A DNA stretch of 64,000 bases, taken from positions 3,200,001 to 3,264,000 of the forward strand of contig CM000155.2 in NCBI GenBank assembly GCA_000004695.1, read 5' to 3'. The notes under the pieces were generated by a model. The model saw only the letters and a program-made list of their open reading frames with translations, was not told the DNA's origin and did no database searches. This stretch comes from Dictyostelium discoideum (Eukaryota). Below are positions 28,767 to 41,195 of the stretch, piece after piece. A program made the position numbers and the translations under genes. Each line of letters begins with the position of its first letter. Position 1 is the stretch's first letter.

Positions 28767-31700
28767 TTAATTTATTTCAATTAACCAAATTGTACTTAAT
28801 TCACTTTATTAATTTTTTTTTTTTTTTTAAAAAAAAGGGATATCACCAACAATTAATTTAGAAGAAATTATAGATTTAACATTTTATCCAGACCAATCAG
28901 CAGTAGTAACAATGCCTGTTGCTTATAGCCAGATTATAAAATTTAAACTTATAACCAATTTAACTACCACCACCAATCAACCATATTTTAATTTATATAA
29001 TAATGGATTTAATTTAGCTGTTAGACCAATTTTAGGTAGTTTAGGTAACATAACTTACATTTCATCTTGTTACTATTCTTCAAGTACTAAACAACATTCA
29101 TTATATCATCAAAATGGTCAACCAAGTTTTATTGGTGATATTCAATTTGATACAACTCAATCTTGTAAGTATATATTATTATAATTAATATTTTGACTAT
29201 AAATAAATAATGATAGAAATAAAAAATTAATTTATTAATTATTTTTTTAATTTTTTAAAAAAAAAAAAAGATGATACGGGATCAACTGTTCAAGTTAGAG
29301 TTGAGCCAGTTATAATGGATAATAATAAAACTATAACATTTTATACTGGTAATCTTTTAAATCGTTTAAAATATGATTTTAAACCAATAACTTATTCATC
29401 TAATTCAGATTATGATACATTTAGTGATGGATTTCCATTTGGATTTATTAATGGTAATAATTTAAATTATAATTTAACATATTCAATTAAAACATTTAAA
29501 GATTTATATCCATCAATAGATATTCATGTTAGTACACTATCTGGTAGTTCATCAAGATCTATTATCCCATTTAATCAACTCGCTTTTAATCAAAGTGAAT
29601 TACCAAATGTAGTTGATATACAATCAATTTATTTAGGTGAGTTTAAATTTTTAATTCAATTTAAAATTAAAGTTAATGGTTTATATCCAATAAATACAAT
29701 TAAAATTAATATAAATGAACCATCAAGCCAAGAAATACAAACATTAGTTTTAAAACCAATAAATATAATTTCTGGTTCTTTATTTGACGGCATTTGGGAA
29801 ACAATTCATGATGGTGTTAAATATGGAAAAGGAAATTTAAATAATCCACTTCAAATTTTTTCATTCTCTGGTATGTCAAAAATTTTAAATATCCAAGATC
29901 CATTTTCAATTGAATCGCCAACAAAAACTTTTGAATTACCATTTATAAAATTAAATAATAATCGTAAGTATTTTATTTATTAAATAATATTTATAATAAT
30001 AATAATTTATTAATTTTTTATAATTTTTTTTTTTTTTTTTTTTTAAAGAAAATAATATTTTAAAGGATTTAGTTAATGTTACATTTTTATATGATACAAT
30101 TGATGTTACAAATCAAGTTGGTTCAAATATTTTATATTTCAATTTTACAAATTCTGATAATTATAAGAATTTACCAATTGCATTTAGTTTAATTGATGCA
30201 AAAACTTTAAGTGATAATAATTTCGATTTATCTTTAAATTCAGATAATGATAAATTATCTGATAATTGGGTATTTGCTGAATGGGTAAATAATAGATTTC
30301 AAGTTAAATTTAAAATACCTTCAAATACAATGCCTGGTATTATAAATTATTTTTTAGTATTTACAAAGGAAATTAAAGTATTTAGTTCATCATTACCACA
30401 ATCTTCTCAATTAAATATAGTTTCAAATAGTATGTATAAATATAAATAAAATTTATAATAATAAAGTATCTAAAAATATTAATACTAAAATTTTATTATT
30501 AATTTTTTTAGATATTGATATATATGGTCCAATATTTAGTAAAATTATAAAGAATCCACCAAATTTAGAATCAGATTCATTAGGTTGGTTAATAACTATT
30601 GAAGATAGTATTAATGGATTTAGAGATGGTTATATTACAGTTAGAGGTGTAGTAGATTCTTCACTTTATAATTTTACAATTGATCCAACAAAATCAATTA
30701 GTGGAGATAAATGGAGTGGTGACTATGAAATCTATATTAAAGAGAATCAGGTACGATGCGTTCCACAATCATATGAAATTGTAGAGGTTGTATTATTTGA
30801 TACTTTTAATAATAAAGCATCATATATTAAATTTACAGAGAATAATTTAGAGAATACAAAATTCAATCCATTTATAAATTATTTAAATGATATTACCATT
30901 GTAACAGTATCACCACCAAGTTTAATTTGTAATAGTGCTGTTGATTATACAGCACCAATAATAACATCATTTACAAGTAGTGTTGAAAGTTTAGATGTCG
31001 GTTCATTGAATGGTAGAAGTGTGACATTTGAATTTGAATGTCAAGATAATGAAAGTGGTATTAGATTAAACCAATTCCCGATTATTTATTTAACTACATT
31101 GAATTTAGAAATTCATAAATGTATTTCAACAAATTCAACACCATTTCAAACAAATACAAAATTCACATGTACAACCACTGTATCACTTGGATTTGGGTTC
31201 CCTTCAGAGATTATTATTTCAGTTTATGGGTTAATTAATAATGGTGGTTATTATGGAGGTTATTCAACTCTATCATTAAAAGAATTAGGATTTGATTATT
31301 ACATTAAAACTATTACTCAATTTACAGAGGATCAACCAATTATTCAATCAACTAATACTATTACAAACCAAGGTGGTAAATTAATGATTTATGGTAGAAA
31401 ATTAAATTGTGATGGTTCAGGTTCAGTAAATGTACTTTTAAAATATTTAGATGATGGTTTAGATAACTTCATTTCATTTACACCAAAAACAATATATGAT
31501 AGTTTTATTTTAATTGAAAATATTAGACCAACAAATCAATCATTTATAATTAAAATTTCAAATTCATTAATTGAATCAAATGAATTTAAAGTTACACCAA
31601 TTTTATTTTATTTTAATATTCCAATTGAACCAACCAATTCACCAACTGAAACACCTACACCTACAACAACAACAACACCAACACCAACACCAACCACTTC

Positions 31701-32745
31701 ATTATTACCAACAGTTAGTCCAATACCAACTAATCCACCACAAAAATGTCAAGGTAATCCAGAATGTGGTGGACCAAATCAAGGTACTTGTAAAGATGGT
31801 GGATGTGTTTGTTTTTCACCATTCATCGGTTTAACTTGTACTTCACAAGTGATAGTTGTTCCACCACCAACTATTAACACTACTGATCCTTCAACTGAAG
31901 TTACAATACCACCACCAAATAATGAAAATATTATATTTAAATCATTAATATCACTAGTATCATTAAGAGAATTAGATTTTAATGGAAAAGAAATTCAAGT
32001 ATTCAATTTTGAAAAATGGATTTATACACCACTTGGTAATAATAAATATTTATATGAAACATCAATTTCAAATGAAATAACTACAAATATCATTACAACA
32101 ATAGAATGGTTTAATAGTAGTGAAATTATTGAATTTGCAAATCAAAAACTTGAAATGAATCCATCATCAGTTAAATACACTATTGAAATTAGTAAATACT
32201 CATTTAAATCATCATTAAATACATTACAATTAGTAATGTCTGCTAAATTAACTAGTAATACTCAAGATGATGATATTTGTTCATCAAAGCAATTTGGTAA
32301 TACAACCAATGGTGATGATTCAAATTTCTTAAAGATTCAAGTTGATAATTATTCAGTATATGGTAGATTTATTAAACGTGCTATTATAGATGAAAAAGTA
32401 CAATCAATTGAAAATTTACAATTAGATCAATCAATGAATCCAATCTCAAAATCATATTCAACTCAAAGTTTTATTGGTATTACAATTCCACAATATTTAA
32501 ATTCTCTTATAATCGATCCTGATTTTTCAATATTAGTCGATCAAAAAGCTGCATCAACTAATTCTGAAAATTCAATTTGTTCAAATAATAATAATTCCTC
32601 TTCTTTATCAGGTGGTCAAATCGCTGGTATTGTTATTGGTAGTGTTGCTTTCTTAGCTGTTTTAATCACTTGTGTCATTTATTATTTTCATAAAAAAAAA
32701 GAGAGTCTATTATTAAAAAAATCTTTCAATTTGAAAAATAATTAA
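27956..32745 (+). CDS. Large type I cell-surface glycoprotein: signal peptide, EGF-like Cys module, Thr/Pro-rich mucin-like linker, one C-terminal TM helix. 6 exons; all 5 introns are phase 1
   Basis: Exons approx 27956..28325, 28429..28707, 28838..29164, 29271..29963, 30049..30429 and 30512..32745. Every junction uses GTAAGT/GTATGT/GTATTT donors and AG acceptors, and reading frames check out across all of them. Signal peptide MKYKIRLLIFYVFSLFCFVNC. Linker and EGF-like module PTNSPTETPTPTTTTTPTPTPTTS...CQGNPECGGPNQGTCKDGGCVCFSPFIGLTCTS. TM helix IAGIVIGSVAFLAVLITCVIYYF followed by HKKK. Confidence 0.75.
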
Positions 32746-32779
32746 AAAGTTGTAATATTTATGGAAATCTTTTTTCTAA

Positions 32780-32837
<58 letters not shown>

Positions 32838-33470
32838 CTGAAATAATAAATAAATATTTATTTGAAAATTTTTTTTTTACAAGTGGTTATATAAACAAAT
32901 TAATTTTGGTGTGGTAAACACAAAATAAAAATAAATTTAAATTAAATAATAAAAACACCATAAAAACAGTGTTATTTTTTATTTATTTTAAAATAAATTT
33001 ATGTGATTCTTTTTTTTTAATCCAGCAAAACGTCAACGGAGGTATCTCAATCAATCACTATTTTCTAAATATTAATTTTTTATTATTAAACCATTATATT
33101 GAATTAATTAGAATAAAAAAATAAAATAAAAAAATAAAATAAAAAATAAAATAAAATGATAAAAAAAAAAAAAAAAAAAAAGAAATTAAACAAAAATTAA
33201 AGAAAATTATTTCGAAATTGTTTTAAACAATCATACAGTTTAAAATTAAATAAATTGTTTTAAACCACCACTTTTTTAAAACATATGAAAATAAATAAGA
33301 AATAATAATAAAAAGATAAAAAAAGAATTTTTTTTTTTTTTTTTAATATTATATATTCTTGTTGTCAGTATTGTTACTATAATTAATCCCATGGGTTTTT
33401 TATTATTATTATTTTTAATTCTTTTATATTTGAGATTATTATTAATTAAATAACTTTAAGTTTTTTTTTA

Positions 33471-33680
33471 TTTTTCTATGCACAAAATTACCATATTAAT
33501 TTCGGCAGCCATATTAATTTCAGCCTAAAATAGTTTATCTGTTCTTGACAAAATTAATATGGCTGCTGAAATTAATATGGTAATTTTGGGCATAGAAAAA
33601 TAAAAAAAACTATCAGACATAAGTCCCATGCCAAAATTATCATATTAATTTCAGCAGCCATATTAATTTTGGCATGGGAC
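33471..33680. repeat. Two tandem, sequence-related hairpins: IR 33471..33520 / 33551..33600 (about 50-bp arms, 2 mismatches) and IR 33623..33639 / 33664..33680. The loop of the second hairpin carries the 28-nt core motif of the first hairpin's arm
   Basis: caaaattaccatattaatttcggcagccatattaattt versus aaattaatatggctgctgaaattaatatggtaattttg. gtcccatgccaaaatta...tcatattaatttcagcagccatattaat...taattttggcatgggac. Confidence 0.8.
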
Positions 33681-34621
33681 ATATATTAAATATGATTTTT
33701 TTTTAGATCATATAAAATAAAAAAAAGTATATAAAAAAAAAAAAAAAAAAAAAAAAAAACTTTTTGTTTAAACACTAAATGATCATTAGTTTTTTAAATA
33801 TTTATTCTATTAAATAATAAACTGGTTATATACTATCAAATTTTTTTTTTTTAACGATACATAAATAATAAATAACTATAATATCAAATAAAAAAAATTT
33901 AATGATGCATTGGGTAATATCGAAAAAAATTTAAACAAAGATGCATTGAATTGGGAAGAAAAATTAACTATTAGTGATTCAGATAGTAGTGACAGTGATC
34001 CAGATACACCAATACAGGGACTTATACCAGAAAATTAACCAAAAACCACAAAAACAGTTAAACCAGTTGCAAATTAATAAACAAATAAATAAAAAAAAAA
34101 TAAATAAATAAATAAATAAAATAAAAAAAAAAAAAAAAATAAAAAAAATACAAATAACATACTAATAAATATTATTTAACGAAGTTACTATCTCTTCCAC
34201 AAAATATAAACGTAGATTTGAAAATTTCAATGAAAATGATGGTTGCTTAAAAGAGTTAATAGAAAAAGAAATTATAATTCAAAAAAATAGAAAGATTAAT
34301 TTATTGGATATTGAATTCAAACAGTATTTTAAAATACCCTGATAAATAATTAGGATACATAAATACATTTAAGCCTAAGGAAATAAATAGAAGGTAGTTT
34401 GGTCAGTGGATGAAATAATAGAACAAGAAATTAAAAATATTATGACCAATTATAATAAAAAATGATTTTTAAATAAAAAATTAAAATAAACTAACTATTT
34501 AAAGTTTGTATTTTTATTTGTAGCTTTTTTTTGAATTGGATAACGCAATTATTAGTTGCTTCTCCTTGAGATGCTAGATCTTATTTTATTTGTAGTTTTT
34601 TACAGATAAAAGAGGGGTTAG

Positions 34622-34667
<46 letters not shown>

Positions 34668-34949
34668 GGTTCAAATTTTGAATTGTATTATTACTTTTGA
34701 TTAAAACATCTTTTTTGTCCAAATTTTTTATTATATCATCAGCTTCATGATTGATGTTAATGACATATTTGAATTGTTTTTTTTTTATTTGAGTTTTATC
34801 CACAATTTCACTTATTTTTTGTAGGCATTTGTGTTGCTTAATATTTGTGGTGTTGTTTGTAATTTTCATCTTATTTTCTTTCTATTTTTATTTAACTTAA
34901 CCCAGAATTTTAACTTTTTTAAGTTAATCAGAAAATTTCCTTAAGTTCC

Positions 34950-34982
<33 letters not shown>

Positions 34983-35026
34983 TTTGTAGCCAAATTGATG
35001 TAAATTTTTAAAATTTCATCAAAAAT

Positions 35027-35099
35027 GCCTGGATGGCTCAGTAGGCAGAGCGAGCGGCTGTTAACCGCTAGGTCCATGGTTCGATCCCATGTCTAGGCG
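35027..35099 (+). tRNA. tRNA-Asn (anticodon GUU)
   Basis: Cloverleaf folded by hand. Acceptor stem GCCTGGA/TCTAGGC (one G-U pair). D-stem GCTC/GAGC. Anticodon stem AGCGG/CCGCT with loop CTGTTAA, giving GTT at positions 34-36. T-stem CATGG/CCATG with loop TTCGATC. Discriminator G. Total 73 nt. Confidence 0.9.
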
Positions 35100-35130
35100 A
35101 TACTTTTCTATGAGAATAGAATTAGATCGC

Positions 35131-35142
35131 AGGTTCAATTCT
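35131..35142 (+). promoter_or_regulatory. Extra B-box (exB) about 32 nt downstream of the tRNA-Asn gene
   Basis: aggttcaattct resembles the B-box consensus GGTTCGANTCC. A second downstream B-box is a known property of most Dictyostelium tRNA genes. Confidence 0.5.
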
Positions 35143-35365
35143 ATCATTGGAATGGAAAAAAATATTATTTATTAAATAAAAGTATTTATAATTGCTTATT
35201 TCCTTTAATGGATAAACTGTGATTTATTAATTTTTATAATTAGAAAAAAAAAAAAAAAAAAAGAAAGGTTTTTAAAACAGTTTAAAACTTGTAATTTAAT
35301 AAATTTATTTATTTATTTATTTAATGTTATGATTTCAAATCAAGTAATTAGTAACACTGAAATTA

Positions 35366-36304
35366 CTAATTATAACGATTTGCATGACCATAACCTTTAT
35401 TATGACCAGCAGTAAAAGTTTTTAAAGTATAAATATACTTTTTTAAATGTGAATGATTTGGATATTGTTGTTCAAGTTTAGTTGAATATTTGTCTACTTT
35501 AATAATATATTTATTTAATAGACCAACACAATATTTTAAAGCTAAGTCAATTGAACCAAGTTGAATTGCTCTAACTTTAACAAAGTTTGTTAATAAAATT
35601 TCATTGATTTCCATTTTGAATGAACCACAATCATTGATCATTAAATTACAAAGTTCAAAATATTTAAAGAATTTTTTGAAATTTTTTGATTCTCTAATTT
35701 CATTCTCAACATATAAAGTTGAAGTACAAGAGGAAGCAGTAATTGTCATACCGAAATCACCATGTCTTGAATTGAAATAATCTTCAATGGAAAGTGATGA
35801 ATTTAATGATTTATATTTATTGGTTTTAATGGCACTTCTACTCCAATATTCAAAATCTCTAATTAATAAATCAACAGATTCTTTAACACCAACTCTATAG
35901 TATTCATCAAATAATCTCCAAATTTCACGACCAAATGGATCATGACTCTTACTTGATCTATCCATTAAATTATCCACATAATCCTCTTCATAATTACGTG
36001 ATTCATATATGTAATCATCTAAAATGAAAAGAAAATCCAACAATTTTGAATTTACCATATATTCATCCTTTTCACCCAATGGAAAATTCAAAGCAGCAAT
36101 TTTACCAATTTCATTCTTTTTTACATAATTCACAGCATTTTCATAGTTTTGAAAAAATTGTTTAACATATTCCATTTCTTGATTTTCAAAATCTTTATCA
36201 AATGGACTACTTTTAAAATCCCAAGGAAGAGTATACTTTGGAATTCTAATTTCTTGATCCAAAAATTGATTTTTATCCCAAGTAAATTTTATATCATAAT
36301 CCAT
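35366..36304 (-). CDS. Class I terpene synthase (microbial-type TPS), single exon, 312 aa
   Basis: Aspartate-rich motif FILDDYIYE (DDxx(x)D/E) and NSE/DTE motif NDCGSFKME (NDxxSxxxE) at the canonical spacing, about 140 residues apart. All-helical composition and size fit the Dictyostelium DdTPS family. Confidence 0.75.
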   Translation of the reverse strand: MDYDIKFTWDKNQFLDQEIRIPKYTLPWDFKSSPFDKDFENQEMEYVKQFFQNYENAVNYVKKNEIGKIAALNFPLGEKDEYMVNSKLLDFLFILDDYIYESRNYEEDYVDNLMDRSSKSHDPFGREIWRLFDEYYRVGVKESVDLLIRDFEYWSRSAIKTNKYKSLNSSLSIEDYFNSRHGDFGMTITASSCTSTLYVENEIRESKNFKKFFKYFELCNLMINDCGSFKMEINEILLTNFVKVRAIQLGSIDLALKYCVGLLNKYIIKVDKYSTKLEQQYPNHSHLKKYIYTLKTFTAGHNKGYGHANRYN

Positions 36305-36527
36305 TTTTTTAAATTTTTTTTTTTTTTTTTTTAATAATTTTTATTTATGATTCAAAATTTTGGAAATATTTGATCAATTTAAATATAAAAAAAAAATGAT
36401 AAAAAAAAAAAAAAATAATAAAAAAAAAAAAAAAATAATAATTAAAAAAAAAAATTATTCTCTTAATTTGGAAATAAAAACAGTTTGATCCCTAATTTAT
36501 TATAAAAAATTTAAAATAAACTAAAAT

Positions 36528-36696
36528 ATATTCAAACTTTTTAATATTTGTTCAACTGATGAAGATAAACTTCTTTGTTAACTACATCAGTAGAACAAAT
36601 ATTAAAAAGTTTGAATATTATTTAATTTATTTTAAATTAATATTCAAACTTTTTAATATTTGTTCAACTGATGTAGTTAACAAAGAAGATAAAATT
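36528..36696. repeat. ~170-bp compound palindrome in the TPS/P450 bidirectional promoter. Arrangement: A1(36528..36561) - B(36562..36584) - A1 inverted (36585..36618) - spacer - A2 direct (36640..36673) - B inverted (36674..36696)
   Basis: A = atattcaaactttttaatatttgttcaactgatg. B = aagataaacttctttgttaacta. The inverted copies have 1-2 mismatches. Lies between the TPS ATG (36304, minus) and the P450 ATG (36989, plus). Confidence 0.85.
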
Positions 36697-36909
36697 AATT
36701 AATTGAATGTTTTTATTTTGGAAATGGTCTTTTTATCCACGTAATAAACTGTTAATTAAAAAATAACAATCAGATTATAAAAAAAAAAAAATTATATTTT
36801 TAACAGATTTACCCTCAAAATATCAAAGGGGTTTTTTTTTTTTTAATTTTCCAAAAAAAAAAAAAAAAAAAAAAAAAACCAGTTGTGTTTTTTTAGGGCT
36901 TTATAAAAA

Positions 36910-36945
<36 letters not shown>

Positions 36946-36988
36946 TATATTAATTTTTTTTTTTTTGGAATGATATAATTTAAAGAAA

Positions 36989-38571
36989 ATGATTTTATTA
37001 ACACTTTTATATTTAATTATTTTTTATATTATAATAGATTTTATAAAAAAAAATTATAAAACAAAAAATCAATTACCATCACCATTAGGAATTGCATTAC
37101 CAATTATTGGTCATTTACATTTATTACGTACCGATCCATATAAAACATTAGCTAAAGCATCGAAAAAAACAGAACATGGTATTTTAAAATGTTGGAATGG
37201 TGAGCATTTAATGGTTGTAGTTGATAATCCATCAATAATTAAACAAATGTATGTAAATACAAATAATTTTACAGATAGACCACAAACCAAAGTATTTGAA
37301 ATCATTTCAAGAAATTATAAAAATAGTGGTTTTGCAAATGGTGAAAAATGGAAACATCTCAGAGGTTTATATGCACCAAGTTTTACAAAAATTAAATCAA
37401 GACCACATGAAAATATAATTTTAAAATATGTAAATTTTGAAATTAAATCTTTAAAAAATCATGCAATTACAAATTCAATTGTAAGTTTGACCCCCCCCCC
37501 CCTTTTTTTTATTTATTTTTAAATTTTAATTAATAAATCATTATTAACTTTTTCTTTTTTATTTTCTATTAATAATAAAATAAATAGTATAATCCATTTT
37601 TAATTGAAAATATTAATTCATTTGGTACAAAAGTTATTACAGAAATTATATTTGGTAGAGAGTTTAGTGAAAATGAAGTTTACTCATTAATTGGACCAAT
37701 GAATAAATTATTTGGTATATTGGATACACCATTTCCATCAGAGAGTATATCATTTTTAAAACCATTTTATAGAAGATCTTATAAAGAATGTGATAAACAA
37801 TGTGAAGAATTATTTAAATTGGTTGAAAAAGTTTATGATGATCATTTATTGAATCTAGACAAAGACAACCCAAAAGATGTAATGGATGTAATGATTGTTG
37901 AAACTGATTTCAAAGAAAAGGATCATGTAATTTGTATATGTTGTGATTTATTAATGGGTACAAAAGATACATTCAATACAATTGTTTTATGGTTTTTTGT
38001 ATTAATGATAAATTATCAAGATGTGCAATTGAAGGGATATCAAGAGATAATCAAGGTTTTGGAATGCACAGGTCGAGATCATGTAACAATTGAAGATATC
38101 GATAAATTACCATACATTGATGGAATTATTAAAGAAATCTCAAGAATTCATCCAGCAGGTCCTTTATCAGTACCAAGAACTGCAATCAATGATATAATGA
38201 TCAATGGTTATTTCATTCCAAAAGGTTGTCATGTTTTTCAAAATACTTATGGTGCAGTTTATAATTATATGAAAGAATCTGATGAACCTTGTAAAATGAA
38301 ACCAGAAAGATGGATTGAAAATGAAAAATTAAGAAAAGATGGTAAATTAGACCCAACTAATGATTTAGCATTGATTTCATTACCTTTTTCAAGCGGAATT
38401 AGAAATTGTCCTGGTGTTGGTTTTGCAGAGTATGAATTATTCTTATTATTTTCAAATATCATTTTAAATTTTCATTTATCAAGTCCAAATAATCTAAAAC
38501 TCAATGAAAGTGGTCATTTTGGTCTTACAATGAAACCATTTCCATTTTTAGTTGATTTAAAATTAAGATAA
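36989..38571 (+). CDS. Cytochrome P450 monooxygenase, 2 exons, about 492 aa
   Basis: Exons approx 36989..37480 and 37588..38571 (donor GTAAGT, phase 0). N-terminal membrane anchor, then the P450 Pro-rich hinge LPSPLGIALPIIGHLHLL. K-helix ExxR region EISRIHP. Heme-binding loop FSSGIRNCPGVGFAEYELF (FxxGxRxCxG). Confidence 0.85.
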
Positions 38572-38573
38572 TA

Positions 38574-38631
<58 letters not shown>

Positions 38632-38980
38632 TTTATTTTTATTTTTATTTTTATTTTTATTTTTATTTTTATTTTTATTTTTATTATTATTATCTTCTTT
38701 TTTAGTAAATATTTTTTATACAACATATTAATAAAATTAAAAATCATTTATTTTTCTTTATTTTTTTTTTTTTTTTTTTTTTATTTTTTTTTATTTGTAT
38801 ATAATATTTTAAAATCGATTTTTTGTAATTTGACATAAAAAAAAAAAAAAAAAATAAAAAAATAATAAAATTAAAAACAAAAATAAAAATAAAAACTCAC
38901 TTTCTTTTTTTTTTTATTTTAGAAATTATTATTATTTGTTTCTTTTTTAAATATAAAAAATTAAAAAAAAATTTTTAATA

Positions 38981-39230
38981 ATGTCACAAAATGAATATGA
39001 CAAAAGTAATTCACTTTTAAATATATTTTCAATAAAAAAAATAACGTTAGAGAATGAAACTCTACTAAATTCAAAGATACCATGGGAAATAATTAAGAAT
39101 GGTAATGTTATTGATTTAGGTTGTGGTAATGGATGGTTTTGTAGAGAAATGATTGAAAAAGGTGTAAACCAAATTATTGGTGTTGACATTTCTGAAAAAT
39201 TAATTAAAAAAGCAATAGAATTAAATAAAG

Positions 39231-39279
<49 letters not shown>

Positions 39280-39460
39280 AAAATTAAAATATTATGTCAC
39301 TGATTTAGATAATTTCCAACTTAATGAAACTCCTTTTAATTCATTAATTGGTTCATTTGATTTTGCATTTAGTTCATTTGTAACTCATTATCTATCAGAT
39401 TTAGAATCATATTTTAAAAAAGTTTACAATTTATTAAAATCAAATAATAATAATAATAAT

Positions 39461-39530
<70 letters not shown>

Positions 39531-39889
39531 GAGGTAGTAGTTTTATATTTTTAGCAGAACATCCAATGAGAACTTCAACAAAATGTATTGAAAATAAATT
39601 TATAAATCATAAATTTGAAGGTGATGAAAATTCAAAAATGGTTTGGCCAATTTCAGATTATAGTGAAGAAGGTAAAAGAGTAACTAATTGGGCTGGATCA
39701 AGTGGAATTATTAAATATCATTATACAATTGAAACTTATGTAAACACTTTAATTAAAGTAGGTTTTAAAATTGATTATCTAGGTGAATTAAATCTTGTAG
39801 AAAGACAATTACAATTTAGTAATTCTGGTGATATATCTATAGAAGCAAATAGACCATTTACACTATTTATTAAAGTGTCAAAAAATTAA
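38981..39889 (+). CDS. Class I SAM-dependent methyltransferase, paralog 1 (302 aa), with two in-frame poly-Asn insertions
   Basis: Motif I VIDLGCGNGWFCREMIEKGVNQIIGVDISEKLIKKA (DxGxGxG plus acidic residue at the end of beta2). About 85-90% identical to the ORF at 41196..41987 apart from the (AAT)n insertions [19 protein letters not shown] and [35 protein letters not shown]. Confidence 0.75.
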
Positions 39890-40642
39890 TAAAAAAAAAA
39901 AAAAAATAAAAAAAAAAAGTTAAAAAAGTAAATAATTTAAATTTAATAATAAATAATTAATAAAAAATAAAAATAAATGTAAATTTCATTTCATTATCAC
40001 AAAAATAAAATATATACGTTATTTTATTAATTTAAAAATTATTGTACATGTTGTGCCAAGAACTTTTATTAGAAAAATAAGATGAAATAAAATAAAATGA
40101 TCTTTATTTTATAATTTTCTTTTTAAATTTTTATTATTATTAAAATTATGAATTTTAATAATAAAATATTCAATCGACATTAATAAGTCCACGTGGTTTT
40201 TACCCACGTGGGGTGAGAAAAGTTTAATTATATAAATTTTGATAATACAAGATTTTATTGCAATAATCCAATTATAGTATTTTGATAATAAATAATTAAA
40301 TTGCATTATTCGACTAATTAATTAAATTATTTTCAATTTTATTTTTTATTTAATTTTAAATACAACATATTTAAAACTGGTTATCTTTAAAAAAAAAATA
40401 AAAAAATATTAATAGTTTTATAGTGTTTTTAAAAAAAAAAAAAAAAAATTTGGACGGATAATTGTGAAAAATTTGGACGGATAATGGTGAAAAAATAAGG
40501 ATAATCAAAAAAAACCCTTTTAATACAAAGATGGAAAAAGGGAAAACATATTTTTTAAAACTATGGAATTATCATAATGTTATTATTTCATGGATAAGGA
40601 TAATCAAAAAAAACCCTTTTAATTCAAAGATGGAAAAAGGGA

Positions 40643-40681
<39 letters not shown>

Positions 40682-41195
40682 TATTAGATTGAATTTATGG
40701 ATTTGGAGATTTTATATCGATACAAATATTTGGTAATTTTAATATGAAGCATTAACGATAAGCCCGTTGTGTTGCCATTGTGTAGCAAGTATTTCATGCA
40801 TCATATAGGTTCAATACAAATTTTCTATTTATAATTAACAATACCCCTTGTAATTTCTAATCTATGAATGTTTTAGTGTGAATTTTTTTTACAAAATTTC
40901 CAAGTCACCACTAAATAATAAAAAATAATAATAACTCTCTGTAAAAAAAAAAATATTGTTTAGGTTAATTATTACATATATGTGTTATTGTTTATTTAGT
41001 ACTTGATTGTTGCAGAAAAAAAAATATTTAAATTTAAATTTTACAGATTAAAAAAACTCATCGATGAATTTAACAGGTAAAATTAATATGATCCCGTATA
41101 AAAAAATTGATTTGAGTAAAAAAATATAAATTAACTTTTTTTTTTTTTTTTTATTTCAAAAAACTATTATTTGTTTAATAAATAAATTTTTAAAA

